Assembly (NCBI GenBank): GCA_965242865.1
Contig: CBDETK010000013.1
Coordinates: 224,001 to 288,000 of the forward strand
Source of the DNA: Candidatus Latescibacterota bacterium
GTDB taxonomy: Bacteria; Latescibacterota; UBA2968; UBA8231
Reading direction: 5' to 3'
DNA: 64,000 bases
The stretch's first letter is position 1, and each line of letters opens with the position of its first letter. Shown here piece by piece: positions 35,748-44,620 of this stretch. A program made the position numbers and the translations under genes. Under the pieces are notes generated by a model that made no database searches, was not told where the DNA came from, and saw only the letters and a list, made by a program, of their open reading frames with translations.

Positions 35748-36330
35748 GGGCGGTGGGCTGGCAGGTGGGGCTGACGGCCCGCCATTGGCGCAGCACCTCA
35801 AAGACGAGCACGGCGCTGGCCGCGGCGACGTTGAGGCTGTTTTTGTAGCCGTACATGGGAATCTCGACCCACTCGTCGCAACGCTCTAGGGCGGCCCCAC
35901 TCACGCCGAGGGCTTCGTTGCCCACGACGAGGGCCAAGGGGCGCGGATAGGCGAGCTCGGTGTAGAGGCGGCTGTGCGATGTGGTCTCCAGTGCCCACAC
36001 CGGCACTCGACGAGCGCGCAAGTGCTCAATGGCCTGTAGGGTGGTGGCAAAGTGGCGGGTCTCGATGTACGAGAGGGTGCCCAAGGCGGTCTTGTCGAGC
36101 TTGGGATGGGGCGGATGGGCGGTGTATCCACAGGTGTAGATGCCGCTGAGCCGGCCGGCGTCGGCCGTGCGGAAAATCGAGCCGACATTGAAGGCGCTGC
36201 GTAAGTTGTCGAGCACCAGATAGAGCGGGTGTTTGGGCAAGAGGGCGTATTCGTCGCGGGGGATCGCAGCGTCAAATGTGCGGACCTCAAAGCTGGTTTC
36301 CTTGCCGTAGTTGCCCGGCCGGAGCTTCAC
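35740..36330 (-). CDS. TrmH/SpoU family RNA methyltransferase
   Basis: LDNLRSAFNVGSIFRTAD, GNEALG, IPM.G.KNSLNVA. Confidence 0.92.
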   Translation of the reverse strand: MKLRPGNYGKETSFEVRTFDAAIPRDEYALLPKHPLYLVLDNLRSAFNVGSIFRTADAGRLSGIYTCGYTAHPPHPKLDKTALGTLSYIETRHFATTLQAIEHLRARRVPVWALETTSHSRLYTELAYPRPLALVVGNEALGVSGAALERCDEWVEIPMYGYKNSLNVAAASAVLVFEVLRQWRAVSPTCQPTARA

Positions 36331-37361
36331 CCGACCTCCTCCGGGGCTACGGGCCGCTGCTGGGCGGCCGAGAGCCGAGCGGCCTCCAAGGCGACCATGG
36401 TCTGCCGCACGCTCTGGGCGGTGACGGCCAGCGCGGCGCGTCCGGCCAGCGCGTCCGCGATGTTTTCGTAGTAGGAACGCCAGCGGCCGGGGGCCGTCTC
36501 AAGGATGGTTTCCGCTGGCCGATAGAGGCGGGCGTAGTGTTCGGGCGCTTCTTCGGCCGCGTCGATGTTCCCGGCGATCATGGCCTTTTCCTGCGGGTCA
36601 ACGCCCTCTTTGACCAGCGCACCTTCCGTGCCGAGCGCGTACCAGCGCGGCTTGGCTTTGTGCGCCAGCGACGAGGTCTCCACGCGGACTTCAACGCCGT
36701 TGGCAAAGTGGAGCACGGCCAGCGCGTGGGCCTCGACGTCAATGCCGAGTGGGTCGCCGGAGTGGAAGGTGGCGTACACCTTTGCGAGCGGCGCGTCAAT
36801 GAGCTGGAGGGCTTGATCGACCAGATGCGCACCTAAATCGAAGAACTTACCGCCGCCGTGCCGCGCTGTGCTGCGCCAGCCGCGCGGGGGGCCGTGTTGC
36901 CCCCAGAACATCTCCAGCAAAAAAGGATCGCCGAGCAAGCCTTGGGCCAGCGCGTCTTTAACCGCGAGGAAATCGCCATCCCAGCGGCGGTTTTGAAAGA
37001 CGCTGAGCAAGCGACCGTGCGCTTGGCTGGCGGCGATCATCCGGTCGGCCTCGGCCATGCTCAGGCACATGGGCTTGTCGGTGACGACGTGTTTGCCGGC
37101 CGCGAGCGCTTGGATTGCGTGAGGGGCGTGGAGGTCGTTGGGCGTGGCGAGGACGACCAGATCGACGGCCGGGTCGGCCAGCACTTCGTCGAAGTGGCGG
37201 AAGGTCTTTACCCCCAAGTCGCGCTGAATCTGGTCGCGGGCTTGCGGCCGGCTGGAGGCGATGCCGTAGAGGTTCAGACCGCTGGCCAGCCCCACTAAAT
37301 AGGCGTGGAAGCAGCGACCGGCAAAGCCATAGCCGACGACTGCTACATTGGGTTTTTCCAT
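36327..37361 (-). CDS. Gfo/Idh/MocA oxidoreductase (IolW/YdgJ-like)
   Basis: VGYGFAG, ATPN..H, DKP, FQNRRWDGDF, DLGAHL.D. Confidence 0.9.
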   Translation of the reverse strand: MEKPNVAVVGYGFAGRCFHAYLVGLASGLNLYGIASSRPQARDQIQRDLGVKTFRHFDEVLADPAVDLVVLATPNDLHAPHAIQALAAGKHVVTDKPMCLSMAEADRMIAASQAHGRLLSVFQNRRWDGDFLAVKDALAQGLLGDPFLLEMFWGQHGPPRGWRSTARHGGGKFFDLGAHLVDQALQLIDAPLAKVYATFHSGDPLGIDVEAHALAVLHFANGVEVRVETSSLAHKAKPRWYALGTEGALVKEGVDPQEKAMIAGNIDAAEEAPEHYARLYRPAETILETAPGRWRSYYENIADALAGRAALAVTAQSVRQTMVALEAARLSAAQQRPVAPEEVG

Positions 37362-37558
37362 GATTGTACCTAAGCGAGGGCGTTTTTGCGGGCCGATAAA
37401 TGGGCCTTTACATTAAGGGAGTTCAACGGTTTGGGCAAATTTTCAAGCGGCGTACAAAGGGACACTTTTTCCTCGCTCAGGTGTTGTATATGGCACACGG
37501 TCAATCGGGTGGACCCTTATCCACGTCGCTGGCGCGAGGACAATGGACGGAATCATTT

Positions 37559-38965
37559 ATGCAGGGAATCGGTTTCAGCGTCGTCCTGCTGCTCTTGTTG
37601 AGCGGTTGCGGAGCCGCTTATTCGGGCTATGTGTCCCGTTCGCTCAACCAGCTAGAAAAGGGCAACTACGAAGGCGCCCTCGCCAAGCTGGAAAAGCCCA
37701 GCGGCAAAACCAACAAGCTGCTCTATCACCTTGAAAAGGGGCTGATTTTGCACTATCAGGGCCAATACGAGGCGTCCAACTTGGAGTTTGAACGAGCCGA
37801 GCGCCTAAGCGACCAGCTCTACACCCGCTCGATCTCGCGCCAAGTCGCGGCCTTGGTGTCCAACGACGCGATCATCGCCTACCGCGGCGAGGAGTTTGAG
37901 CTGGCCCTGATTCACTACTACCGCGCCATGAACTACGCCCGGCTGGGCGACCGGCAGGCCGCGCTCGTCGAGTGCCGCAAGGCCAACCTGAAGCTCGAAA
38001 ACTACGCCCAGCAAGCCGAATACGAGCTCAGCTACAAAAACGACGCCTTTTTGCAGTACATGACCGGCCTCTTCTTTGAAGCCGAGGGCGAGTGGAACGA
38101 CGCGTACATTTCCTACAAGGATGCCCTCAAGGGCTACCGCGCGTACGAAGCGGCCTTTGGCTTGCCTGTGCCGCCGATCTTACTCGTCGATCTGGCGCGA
38201 CTGGCCGAGCGCTTGGGCTACCAAGACGAAGCGCGGGAATACGCCGAGCACTACCCGCTCGAGCCGGTAGCCGGCGGCGAGATCGTGGTTTTCGTGGAGA
38301 GCGGCTTTGTTCCGCGCAAGCATCAGGTCGAATTTACCATGCCCATCATGGAAGGCGAAAAGGGCGTGAAGACACAGACGGTGGCGGAGCGGGCTGTCTA
38401 TCGCTACCACCATCCGCACACCTACGAGCACCGCCGCGTAGATTACTGGCTCCGAGTGGCCCTGCCCGAATACCGGGAAGTGCCCTCGCAAGTGGCCGGG
38501 GTGCGGCTGCGGGCCGGCGAGCAGAGCGCGACCGGAGTCATGGGCGAAGACCTAGCGGCAATTGCCCAACAGACCTTTACCGAGAAATTCGACTCAATCC
38601 TGCTGCGCGCCGTCGCCCGCAACTTGGTCAAGTATCTGGCGTCTAAAGGCATAGAAAAGGCATTTGAGGAGGACGACGACGAGGGCGACGAGGACGATAA
38701 CGATTGGGTCAAAGAAGGGATGGGCAAAGCACTCGGCGGCTTGGTCAACCTCTTGGGCGTGGCGACCGAAGTGGCCGATACCCGAAGCTGGCTGTCGCTG
38801 CCGCGCACCATCCACATCGCGCGCCTGTTCGTGACGCCGGGGACGGCCACCCCGACGCTGGAGTTTACAGACGCCCGCGGCCAAGTCCTAGCCGTAGAGC
38901 CGCTGCCCCAAGTGGCGGTGGCGGCCGGAGAAAAGGTCTTTCTAAACTTTCGCACGTTTCGCTAA
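37559..38965 (+). CDS. COG3014-like TPR lipoprotein
   Basis: Lipobox LSGC; LYHLEKG, YRGE.FE, ALVE.R, ADTRSW..LP. Confidence 0.8.
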   Translation: MQGIGFSVVLLLLLSGCGAAYSGYVSRSLNQLEKGNYEGALAKLEKPSGKTNKLLYHLEKGLILHYQGQYEASNLEFERAERLSDQLYTRSISRQVAALVSNDAIIAYRGEEFELALIHYYRAMNYARLGDRQAALVECRKANLKLENYAQQAEYELSYKNDAFLQYMTGLFFEAEGEWNDAYISYKDALKGYRAYEAAFGLPVPPILLVDLARLAERLGYQDEAREYAEHYPLEPVAGGEIVVFVESGFVPRKHQVEFTMPIMEGEKGVKTQTVAERAVYRYHHPHTYEHRRVDYWLRVALPEYREVPSQVAGVRLRAGEQSATGVMGEDLAAIAQQTFTEKFDSILLRAVARNLVKYLASKGIEKAFEEDDDEGDEDDNDWVKEGMGKALGGLVNLLGVATEVADTRSWLSLPRTIHIARLFVTPGTATPTLEFTDARGQVLAVEPLPQVAVAAGEKVFLNFRTFR

Positions 38966-38977
38966 GGAGCAAAAGTC

Positions 38978-39814
38978 ATGGACTGCAAATTGTGGATCGC
39001 CGCGCTGGCATTGGCTCTGCCGGTCGCGGCGCAGCAGAGCACGCCGGCGGCCGATCGGGCCGCGGACCCGCTGGCAGAAGGGGCGATTTTCAACATCGTC
39101 GATTGGGACGGCGGCCAGCTACCCCAGCGCTACGAGCGCTCAGACCAACTGCCGATGAGCCTCGACGACGTGCAGAAGCTGAGCGCGAACAAGTTCAGCA
39201 CGGATGCGATCGTCAAGATGCTCCAGGAGCGGCGCTGCGTCTGCGACGCCTCGGTCGATGCCCTGTTGCAATTGAAGAAGGCGGGCGTGGCCGAGCAGGT
39301 GATCCAAGCCGTATCCCTGCACGCGCTGCCGCCCAACCGCTCCTTCGGCCTGACGATCGCCCTCGACTTTGAGGGCTTGGGCGGCGCAGCGACCGTATCG
39401 ACGCAGGCGCGCCGAGGCTATCTCTATTTGATCGTGCCCGATGGCGACAAGGAGCGGGTCTTCATCGGCAACTTGCAGGCCATTCTCGCCGGCCGCTGGC
39501 AGCGCGACGCCCTGATCGACAACACCGATCTGCTGCTGCCCAAAAAGGTGCGGCGCGTGACCTTTGCCTCAGAGGTCCCGCTCAAAACCTACGGCCGCAA
39601 GAAGGCCCTCGTTTTTACCTCGACCAAACCGGACATCTACACTTCAGCCGATATTCCCGAAGCCGACCGGGCCGGAGTGCAGGAGTTCGAGTTTGACTAC
39701 CCGGCTGCGTCGCTGGAGCGCCAATGCAGCTTACAGGTGCTCTACCGGCAGGACGCGATGTTGGCCAACCACTGGCACTTAGAGCGCACGCATTTTCAGT
39801 GCGAATGGGATTGA
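38978..39814 (+). CDS. Secreted hypothetical protein
   Basis: Signal peptide ..PVAA-Q; SD aaggag; contains a LLQLKKAGVAEQVI helical motif. Confidence 0.75.
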   Translation: MDCKLWIAALALALPVAAQQSTPAADRAADPLAEGAIFNIVDWDGGQLPQRYERSDQLPMSLDDVQKLSANKFSTDAIVKMLQERRCVCDASVDALLQLKKAGVAEQVIQAVSLHALPPNRSFGLTIALDFEGLGGAATVSTQARRGYLYLIVPDGDKERVFIGNLQAILAGRWQRDALIDNTDLLLPKKVRRVTFASEVPLKTYGRKKALVFTSTKPDIYTSADIPEADRAGVQEFEFDYPAASLERQCSLQVLYRQDAMLANHWHLERTHFQCEWD

Positions 39815-39833
39815 AAGGAAAGGAGCTTACGCG

Positions 39834-40430
39834 ATGAGATACTGCGTTTTCGTCGCCCTAATAGCGGCTTTGGGGCTTTCGGCCTGCGGCGGCCCGAGGG
39901 CCTTCACGCGCGGCGAGTACGGCGATCCAGAAGAGATTTCCATGCTCGACGACAAGTGGAACCAAAACGACATGCAGCTAGTCGCCAAGAAGATGATCAA
40001 CTCGATGGAGACTTGGGCGGGTACGCAAGCACTCGCCGAGCAGCCGCTCGTCATCTTGGAGATGCCGCGCAATCGCACGGCCGAGCACATCGACATGCAG
40101 GCCCTCTACGACCACGTCAAGACCGCCCTGATCCAGAGCGGGCAGTTTGGCTTTCTCGACAAGGCGGCGCGGCAGGAGATCGCCCAAGAATACGAGTATC
40201 AAGGCTCGGGCTACGTGCGTCCAGACGAGGCCCAAGGGCCGGGCAACCAGCGGGGGGCGCGCTTCTTGCTCGGCGGGGTTATCACCTCCACCGTGCAGCA
40301 AGTGGGCAAAAACAAGGTCGTGTACTACAAGGCGACCTTTGAACTGACCGACATTGCGACCACCCAGATCGTCTGGACCGACCACAAGGAAATCACCAAG
40401 CACTTTCAGAAAAAGAGCATCGGCTTCTAG
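39834..40430 (+). CDS. LpoB/CsgG-like lipoprotein (penicillin-binding protein activator family)
   Basis: Lipobox LSAC; W.QNDMQ, NRT.EHID, YYK.TFELTD..T..IVW. Confidence 0.8.
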   Translation: MRYCVFVALIAALGLSACGGPRAFTRGEYGDPEEISMLDDKWNQNDMQLVAKKMINSMETWAGTQALAEQPLVILEMPRNRTAEHIDMQALYDHVKTALIQSGQFGFLDKAARQEIAQEYEYQGSGYVRPDEAQGPGNQRGARFLLGGVITSTVQQVGKNKVVYYKATFELTDIATTQIVWTDHKEITKHFQKKSIGF

Positions 40431-40447
40431 GGAAAGGAACGCGGACC

Positions 40448-40990
40448 ATGAGACGCATTGCACTGATCGCGCTGCTGGCACTGGCCGTTGGGGCGCAGGC
40501 CGCAGCGCCGGGGCGCACCGACGGCCTCGAAGGCAGCGAGTACGGCACGGGCGGGTATAAGTACGGGGCTCAGTATGGCCGCTTCTACACCGAGGGGTTT
40601 TTGGGGGCGGCGATGGTGGAGCAGTCGGAAGGCACTGCGGACGCCGAGACCGATCTCGTTTTGGGGCTTAACGCCGGCTACCGGGTTGAGGAGTGGCTGG
40701 CCTTCCAGCTCGGCTTTGCCCGCATACTGAACCAAAACATCAACCTCTATGCCGGCGGGGTGCGCTCGGCTTACGTCAATCGGCCATTCAACTACTACTT
40801 TTCGCTCGACGCCGAGCTATACTCGCCCGAGGACGGCGACACTCGCTTCGGCATCGCCCCGGGCGTCGGGGTTGAGGTGGTTCTAAACGACTATCTGCGG
40901 ACCGGCTTGCGCTTCCAGCGCGACTTTATCTTTGCCGACGACATGATCCACATCAACCGCTTTACGGCAAAGATACAGGTAGATTTTTAG
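40448..40990 (+). CDS. Small outer-membrane beta-barrel protein
   Basis: Signal peptide, alternating beta strands, terminal Phe (IQVDF). Confidence 0.75.
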   Translation: MRRIALIALLALAVGAQAAAPGRTDGLEGSEYGTGGYKYGAQYGRFYTEGFLGAAMVEQSEGTADAETDLVLGLNAGYRVEEWLAFQLGFARILNQNINLYAGGVRSAYVNRPFNYYFSLDAELYSPEDGDTRFGIAPGVGVEVVLNDYLRTGLRFQRDFIFADDMIHINRFTAKIQVDF

Positions 40991-41073
40991 CCGGTTAAAA
41001 GCCCACCGCCGTCCCCTTTTTGGAGGGAGGCGGCGTGGGGCTGGGAACCCGGAACGAACTAAAGGAGGAGATT

Positions 41074-41457
41074 GTGAATTGGAAGCAGTTACTGGCAGTA
41101 CTAACCCTAGTGGTAGCCATGTTTTCCACGGCTATAATGATCTCAGTTCTTTATACTATCTCGGGGTTTGAGCGGCTGGAGAGTCGAATGGACAGTCGAA
41201 TGGACCAACTGGAGAATAAAATGGACAGTCGAATTGGCCAGTTGGAGGCTAGAATGGACAGTCGAATGGACCAACTGGAGAATAAAATGGACAGTCAAAT
41301 TGGCCGACTGGAGACTAGAATGGACCGACTGGAGACTAGAATGGACCGGCTGGAGAGTAAAATTGATCAACTGGACAACAAGGTGGACGGACTCTCCAAT
41401 GAGGTCGCCGAAATAAAGGGAGCACTCAAAGCAAAAGGGATAATGGCGAAGGAATAA
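41074..41457 (+). CDS. Membrane-anchored coiled-coil repeat protein (DUF1640/Bdr-like)
   Basis: SD aaggaggag + GTG; N-terminal TM; tandem RMDQLE/RMDRLET repeats; low GC. Confidence 0.72.
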   Translation: MNWKQLLAVLTLVVAMFSTAIMISVLYTISGFERLESRMDSRMDQLENKMDSRIGQLEARMDSRMDQLENKMDSQIGRLETRMDRLETRMDRLESKIDQLDNKVDGLSNEVAEIKGALKAKGIMAKE

Positions 41458-41559
41458 ATCGCCATTATCCCTTACTTAACAAGGAGAACAGGGAACGTCA
41501 GAAGCCGTTCGGCCGCGTCGCCTCAACGCCATGCCAGCCGGGCAGGTGAACCTCCATGC

Positions 41560-43041
41560 CTACCAAACACCCAGCGCGATGTACAGTGGAAATCGCAACC
41601 CCGTAGTGATGATGGCTTGGCGTTCTGAGCCATCCAAGTTGGCACGCTCAACCTTCAGCTCGTTCCTGTCCACCCAGTATATCTTTCCGCCCGCCGCATC
41701 CACCGCGAGGCCCCATGGTTGCGTCAAATCCCCGGTGATGAGGTCTTGGGCGCCCCCATCCAATGAGCCATCCCCAGCCAAGTTGGCCCACATAATTTTA
41801 CCCGGGCCCGAAGGGCGCGGCCAAGTCACCCAGTATATCTTTCTGTTCACCAAATCCAGCGCGAGGCCCGATGCATAATCGGCCGAATCGCCATCCATAG
41901 CACTCGCAAGGAAGTCTTGGCGGCCTGTGCCATCCAAGTTGGAACGCCGTATCGAACTATTTAGGACCCCGTCCGACCAGTATATCTTTCTGTTCACCGA
42001 ATCCACCGCGATGCCAGTTGGACCACTTCCTTGGGCTTCGGGTCCAAAAGGTCCTTCAACATATTCTACAGGGAGGACGAAGGATTGGTCGCCTGTGCCA
42101 TCCAAGTTGGCACGCCAAATCCGAGACTGTCTGTCATTTTCATCTGTATATGATCCCCTGTCATCGTCCGTGAAGTATATGGCGGGGCGTGCGTATGTCG
42201 GTTCCGGCAGCTCTGGATAGACTTGGACGGTTTCGACGCGGGGGTATTTTTCTAGTACCGCTACGACGCGGAGGCCGCTTGTTATCGCGGCGGCGAGTTG
42301 TTGGTTGGCTGCGTGCTGGCTGAGGGCGTTTTCCATCACGCCCAGCCATCGCAGGTTGGTCAGGCTCGCCAACGGACTCACGTCCGCAATCGCGTTGTCC
42401 CCTAGCTGGAGAAATTGCAGGTTCGTTAGGCGAGCTAACGGACTGACGTCGGTAATCGCGTTGCCCCACATATCCAGCGTACGTAAGCGGATCAGGCTGG
42501 CCAGCGGACTCGCATCCGCCACCTTGTTGCCCCACAGCGACAACGTTTGAAGGTTGGTCAAGCTGGCCAACGGCTGCACGTCGGTAATCGCGTTGCCCCG
42601 CAGATACAGCGTTGTCAGTGCTGTTGCGTGTTCGAGGCCGGCCACGCTCTCAATGTTTTTGTAGCTCGCGTCGAGTTCGGTTAGGGCCGCCAAGTCTGCC
42701 GGGGTCAGCGGCCCTGACGGGCGGTCCAACGCCTCTCGCACCGCCCGCTCCAGATTGGCGTCGGCAAACTCCACGGTGGCCGATTGGGTGCTGTCAGCTT
42801 CGGTCTCGGCTTGTGTACTATCGGCGTCGGCTTCGGTCTGGGTAGTGTCGGGGCTTTCGGGGGCGGCCAGCCCGTCGGTAGCGGTGTAGGTGTCGTCGCC
42901 CAAGAATTCGCATAAGGAACAGGTGGCTTTGCCCGCTGGCCGAGAGGCGACCGGCGCGGAGTCTGAGCAGCCCATCCAAGTGCCGATGACGCCCAAAAGG
43001 ACGAACCCAAGCAGGGTTTTGAGGGATTTCAACGAAAGCAT
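41560..43041 (-). CDS. Lipoprotein with internalin-like LRRs and LDL-receptor class B (YWTD-like) repeats
   Basis: MLSLK..WMGC signal; L.L.GN.ITDV.PLASLTNL repeats; KIYWSD/KIYWVT/KIYWVD and RANLDG repeats. Confidence 0.85.
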   Translation of the reverse strand: MLSLKSLKTLLGFVLLGVIGTWMGCSDSAPVASRPAGKATCSLCEFLGDDTYTATDGLAAPESPDTTQTEADADSTQAETEADSTQSATVEFADANLERAVREALDRPSGPLTPADLAALTELDASYKNIESVAGLEHATALTTLYLRGNAITDVQPLASLTNLQTLSLWGNKVADASPLASLIRLRTLDMWGNAITDVSPLARLTNLQFLQLGDNAIADVSPLASLTNLRWLGVMENALSQHAANQQLAAAITSGLRVVAVLEKYPRVETVQVYPELPEPTYARPAIYFTDDDRGSYTDENDRQSRIWRANLDGTGDQSFVLPVEYVEGPFGPEAQGSGPTGIAVDSVNRKIYWSDGVLNSSIRRSNLDGTGRQDFLASAMDGDSADYASGLALDLVNRKIYWVTWPRPSGPGKIMWANLAGDGSLDGGAQDLITGDLTQPWGLAVDAAGGKIYWVDRNELKVERANLDGSERQAIITTGLRFPLYIALGVW

Positions 43042-43094
43042 TTTTTGCTCCTTTGTGTGGTTGGGAAAGAAATGGTATGGAGGTGTGGAAGAGG

Positions 43095-43360
43095 GACATG
43101 ACGCCCCGAAAGAGGCGGAGCTAGCCCTAGGGCCAACTTGGAGCACTCAGGACGCGCCCCTTGCTGTGGGTACGTCTTTGCTGGTGTTCTGGCGGCGTCT
43201 AGGTCGAGGAGATTCCGCCCTCGGTCCTTGGCAGACGAGTTGCGGGGGTGGTGCAGGAAACGTGGATCAGCATAAAGGCCGCACGGTCGCGTGCGCTTGG
43301 GATCGCACGGCCAGACCGGCGCGACGCCCAACGGCCGCGCACGATCCGTCGGCCTATGCA
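43095..43360 (-). ncRNA. Candidate multi-stem structured 5' leader of the LRR/YWTD gene
   Basis: Several complementary segments (43270-80/43351-59, 43300-12/43333-47, 43102-17, 43119-38) with G-U pairs favouring the minus strand. Confidence 0.4.
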
Positions 43361-43403
43361 GAGAAGTAGAGAGTTTAGTGCTTGGTGCTAGCGGAGAATT
43401 TTC

Positions 43404-43442
43404 GGGGGGGGGGGGGGTAAGTCGTTGTTTTTCAAGGACTTA
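43404..43442. promoter_or_regulatory. G14 tract abutting palindrome TAAGTCGTTG-TTTTT-CAAGGACTTA (IHF-site-like)
   Basis: Directly visible; related motifs at 45893-45915 and 62079-62120. Confidence 0.5.
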
Positions 43443-43643
43443 CGACACATTAAATCCGACGATGAATCCAAGCACCCAACAGGGTTTTGCCTCACAGCAA
43501 GACCCCTGCCTGATGTGAAATGCTTAACCATCGTCTCGTTCATCATTCGCCAACCGGCGGTCCCAAATGGGCCGCCAAAATCAAAATGCGGTTTACAAGG
43601 CTACGAAGTAACCGGATGTTGCGTAATATCCTAAACACAGGGC

Positions 43644-43697
43644 GGCATTTTCGCAAACGGACGTCACCCCGTGCTCCGACACGGGGCGGGAATCCAG
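43644..43697. repeat. Extended REP-like palindrome, reverse orientation
   Basis: gtcaccccgtgctccgacacggggcgggaatccag. Confidence 0.85.
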
Positions 43698-43789
43698 TAT
43701 TAAGGCAGGCTCGACACGCAATTGCCGCCTGCAACTCCTATGCTTATGCTGTAACGCACCCCCTCGCCTCAAAGCCCGGAAGGCCCTCC

Positions 43790-43876
43790 GTGAGCAATTC
43801 CCACACTTACGACCTCGTCTGCATTGGCAGCGGCCCTGCCGGCCAGCGCAATGGACGCCTCAGCGGGCCGGTCTAA
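43790..43876 (+). pseudogene. N-terminal remnant of an FAD oxidoreductase (SthA transhydrogenase-like)
   Basis: MSNSHTYDLVCIGSGPAGQR, then unrelated sequence and a stop. Confidence 0.65.
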
Positions 43877-44541
43877 TGATCACGCCCTCAGCGGTCGTCT
43901 TTGACATGGACGGCCTCATGCTCGACACCGAACCCCTGTATCGGACCGCCTTCCAACGCGCCGCAGAAGCATTGGGCTACGCACTAGACGACGAGTTCTA
44001 TCTGACCTTGATTGGCACGCCCACAAAAGACGCCCTCAAAAAGGTCCGCGCGTACTTTGGCCCCACCTTTCCCTTGCAGCGCTTTACCGAGTTGGGCGCG
44101 GACCAATGGCAGCGGCAAGTGGAAGAATGCGGCATCCATACCAAGCCCGGCCTCCTGCCCCTGCTCAACCAACTCGATGCGGCGGCCATCCCCAAAGCCG
44201 TGGCCACTTCTTCCAGCACCAAGCAGGCGGCTGAGACGTTGGAAGCGGGCGGTTTGGCGGGCCGCTTTGCCCACCTCGTCACCAGCGACCAAGTCGCGGC
44301 CGGCAAACCAGCCCCTGACCTCTACTTGGAGGCCGCTCGCCGCTTGGGTTTGCCGCCAGCGGCCTGTATTGCCCTAGAGGATTCGGACCCCGGAGTCCAA
44401 TCGGCTCACACCGCCGGGATGACCGTGCTCATGGTGCCCGATCTCAAGAACCCTTCGCCTCAAGCCGAGGCCCAAGCATACAAAATCCTGCCCTCGCTCC
44501 ATCAGGCGGCCCCTTTGCTTGCCGACTTGCTGACGCCCTAG
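43876..44541 (+). CDS. HAD family phosphatase (beta-PGM/CbbY-like)
   Basis: FDMDGLMLDTE, ATSS, GKPAPDLY, LEDS..G. Confidence 0.9.
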   Translation: MITPSAVVFDMDGLMLDTEPLYRTAFQRAAEALGYALDDEFYLTLIGTPTKDALKKVRAYFGPTFPLQRFTELGADQWQRQVEECGIHTKPGLLPLLNQLDAAAIPKAVATSSSTKQAAETLEAGGLAGRFAHLVTSDQVAAGKPAPDLYLEAARRLGLPPAACIALEDSDPGVQSAHTAGMTVLMVPDLKNPSPQAEAQAYKILPSLHQAAPLLADLLTP

Positions 44542-44620
44542 TCCGTGCGTTGGGGCCTTACGCTCGCTCGTCCTATAAATCACGCCACGTGTCGCGACGC
44601 ACCGCTCGGGCAATATACGG

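Noticed and set aside
37490-37507. Second sigma54 promoter (TGGCAC)
   Set aside because: There is no TTGC-like -12 element at the required spacing.
41180-41390. Possible CRISPR or ncRNA repeat array
   Set aside because: The repeats are contiguous multiples of 3 within a coiled-coil ORF, with no unique spacers.
43520-43789. 5' part of the 118-aa ORF 43520-43876
   Set aside because: It runs through a REP element; only the last 28 codons resemble a protein.
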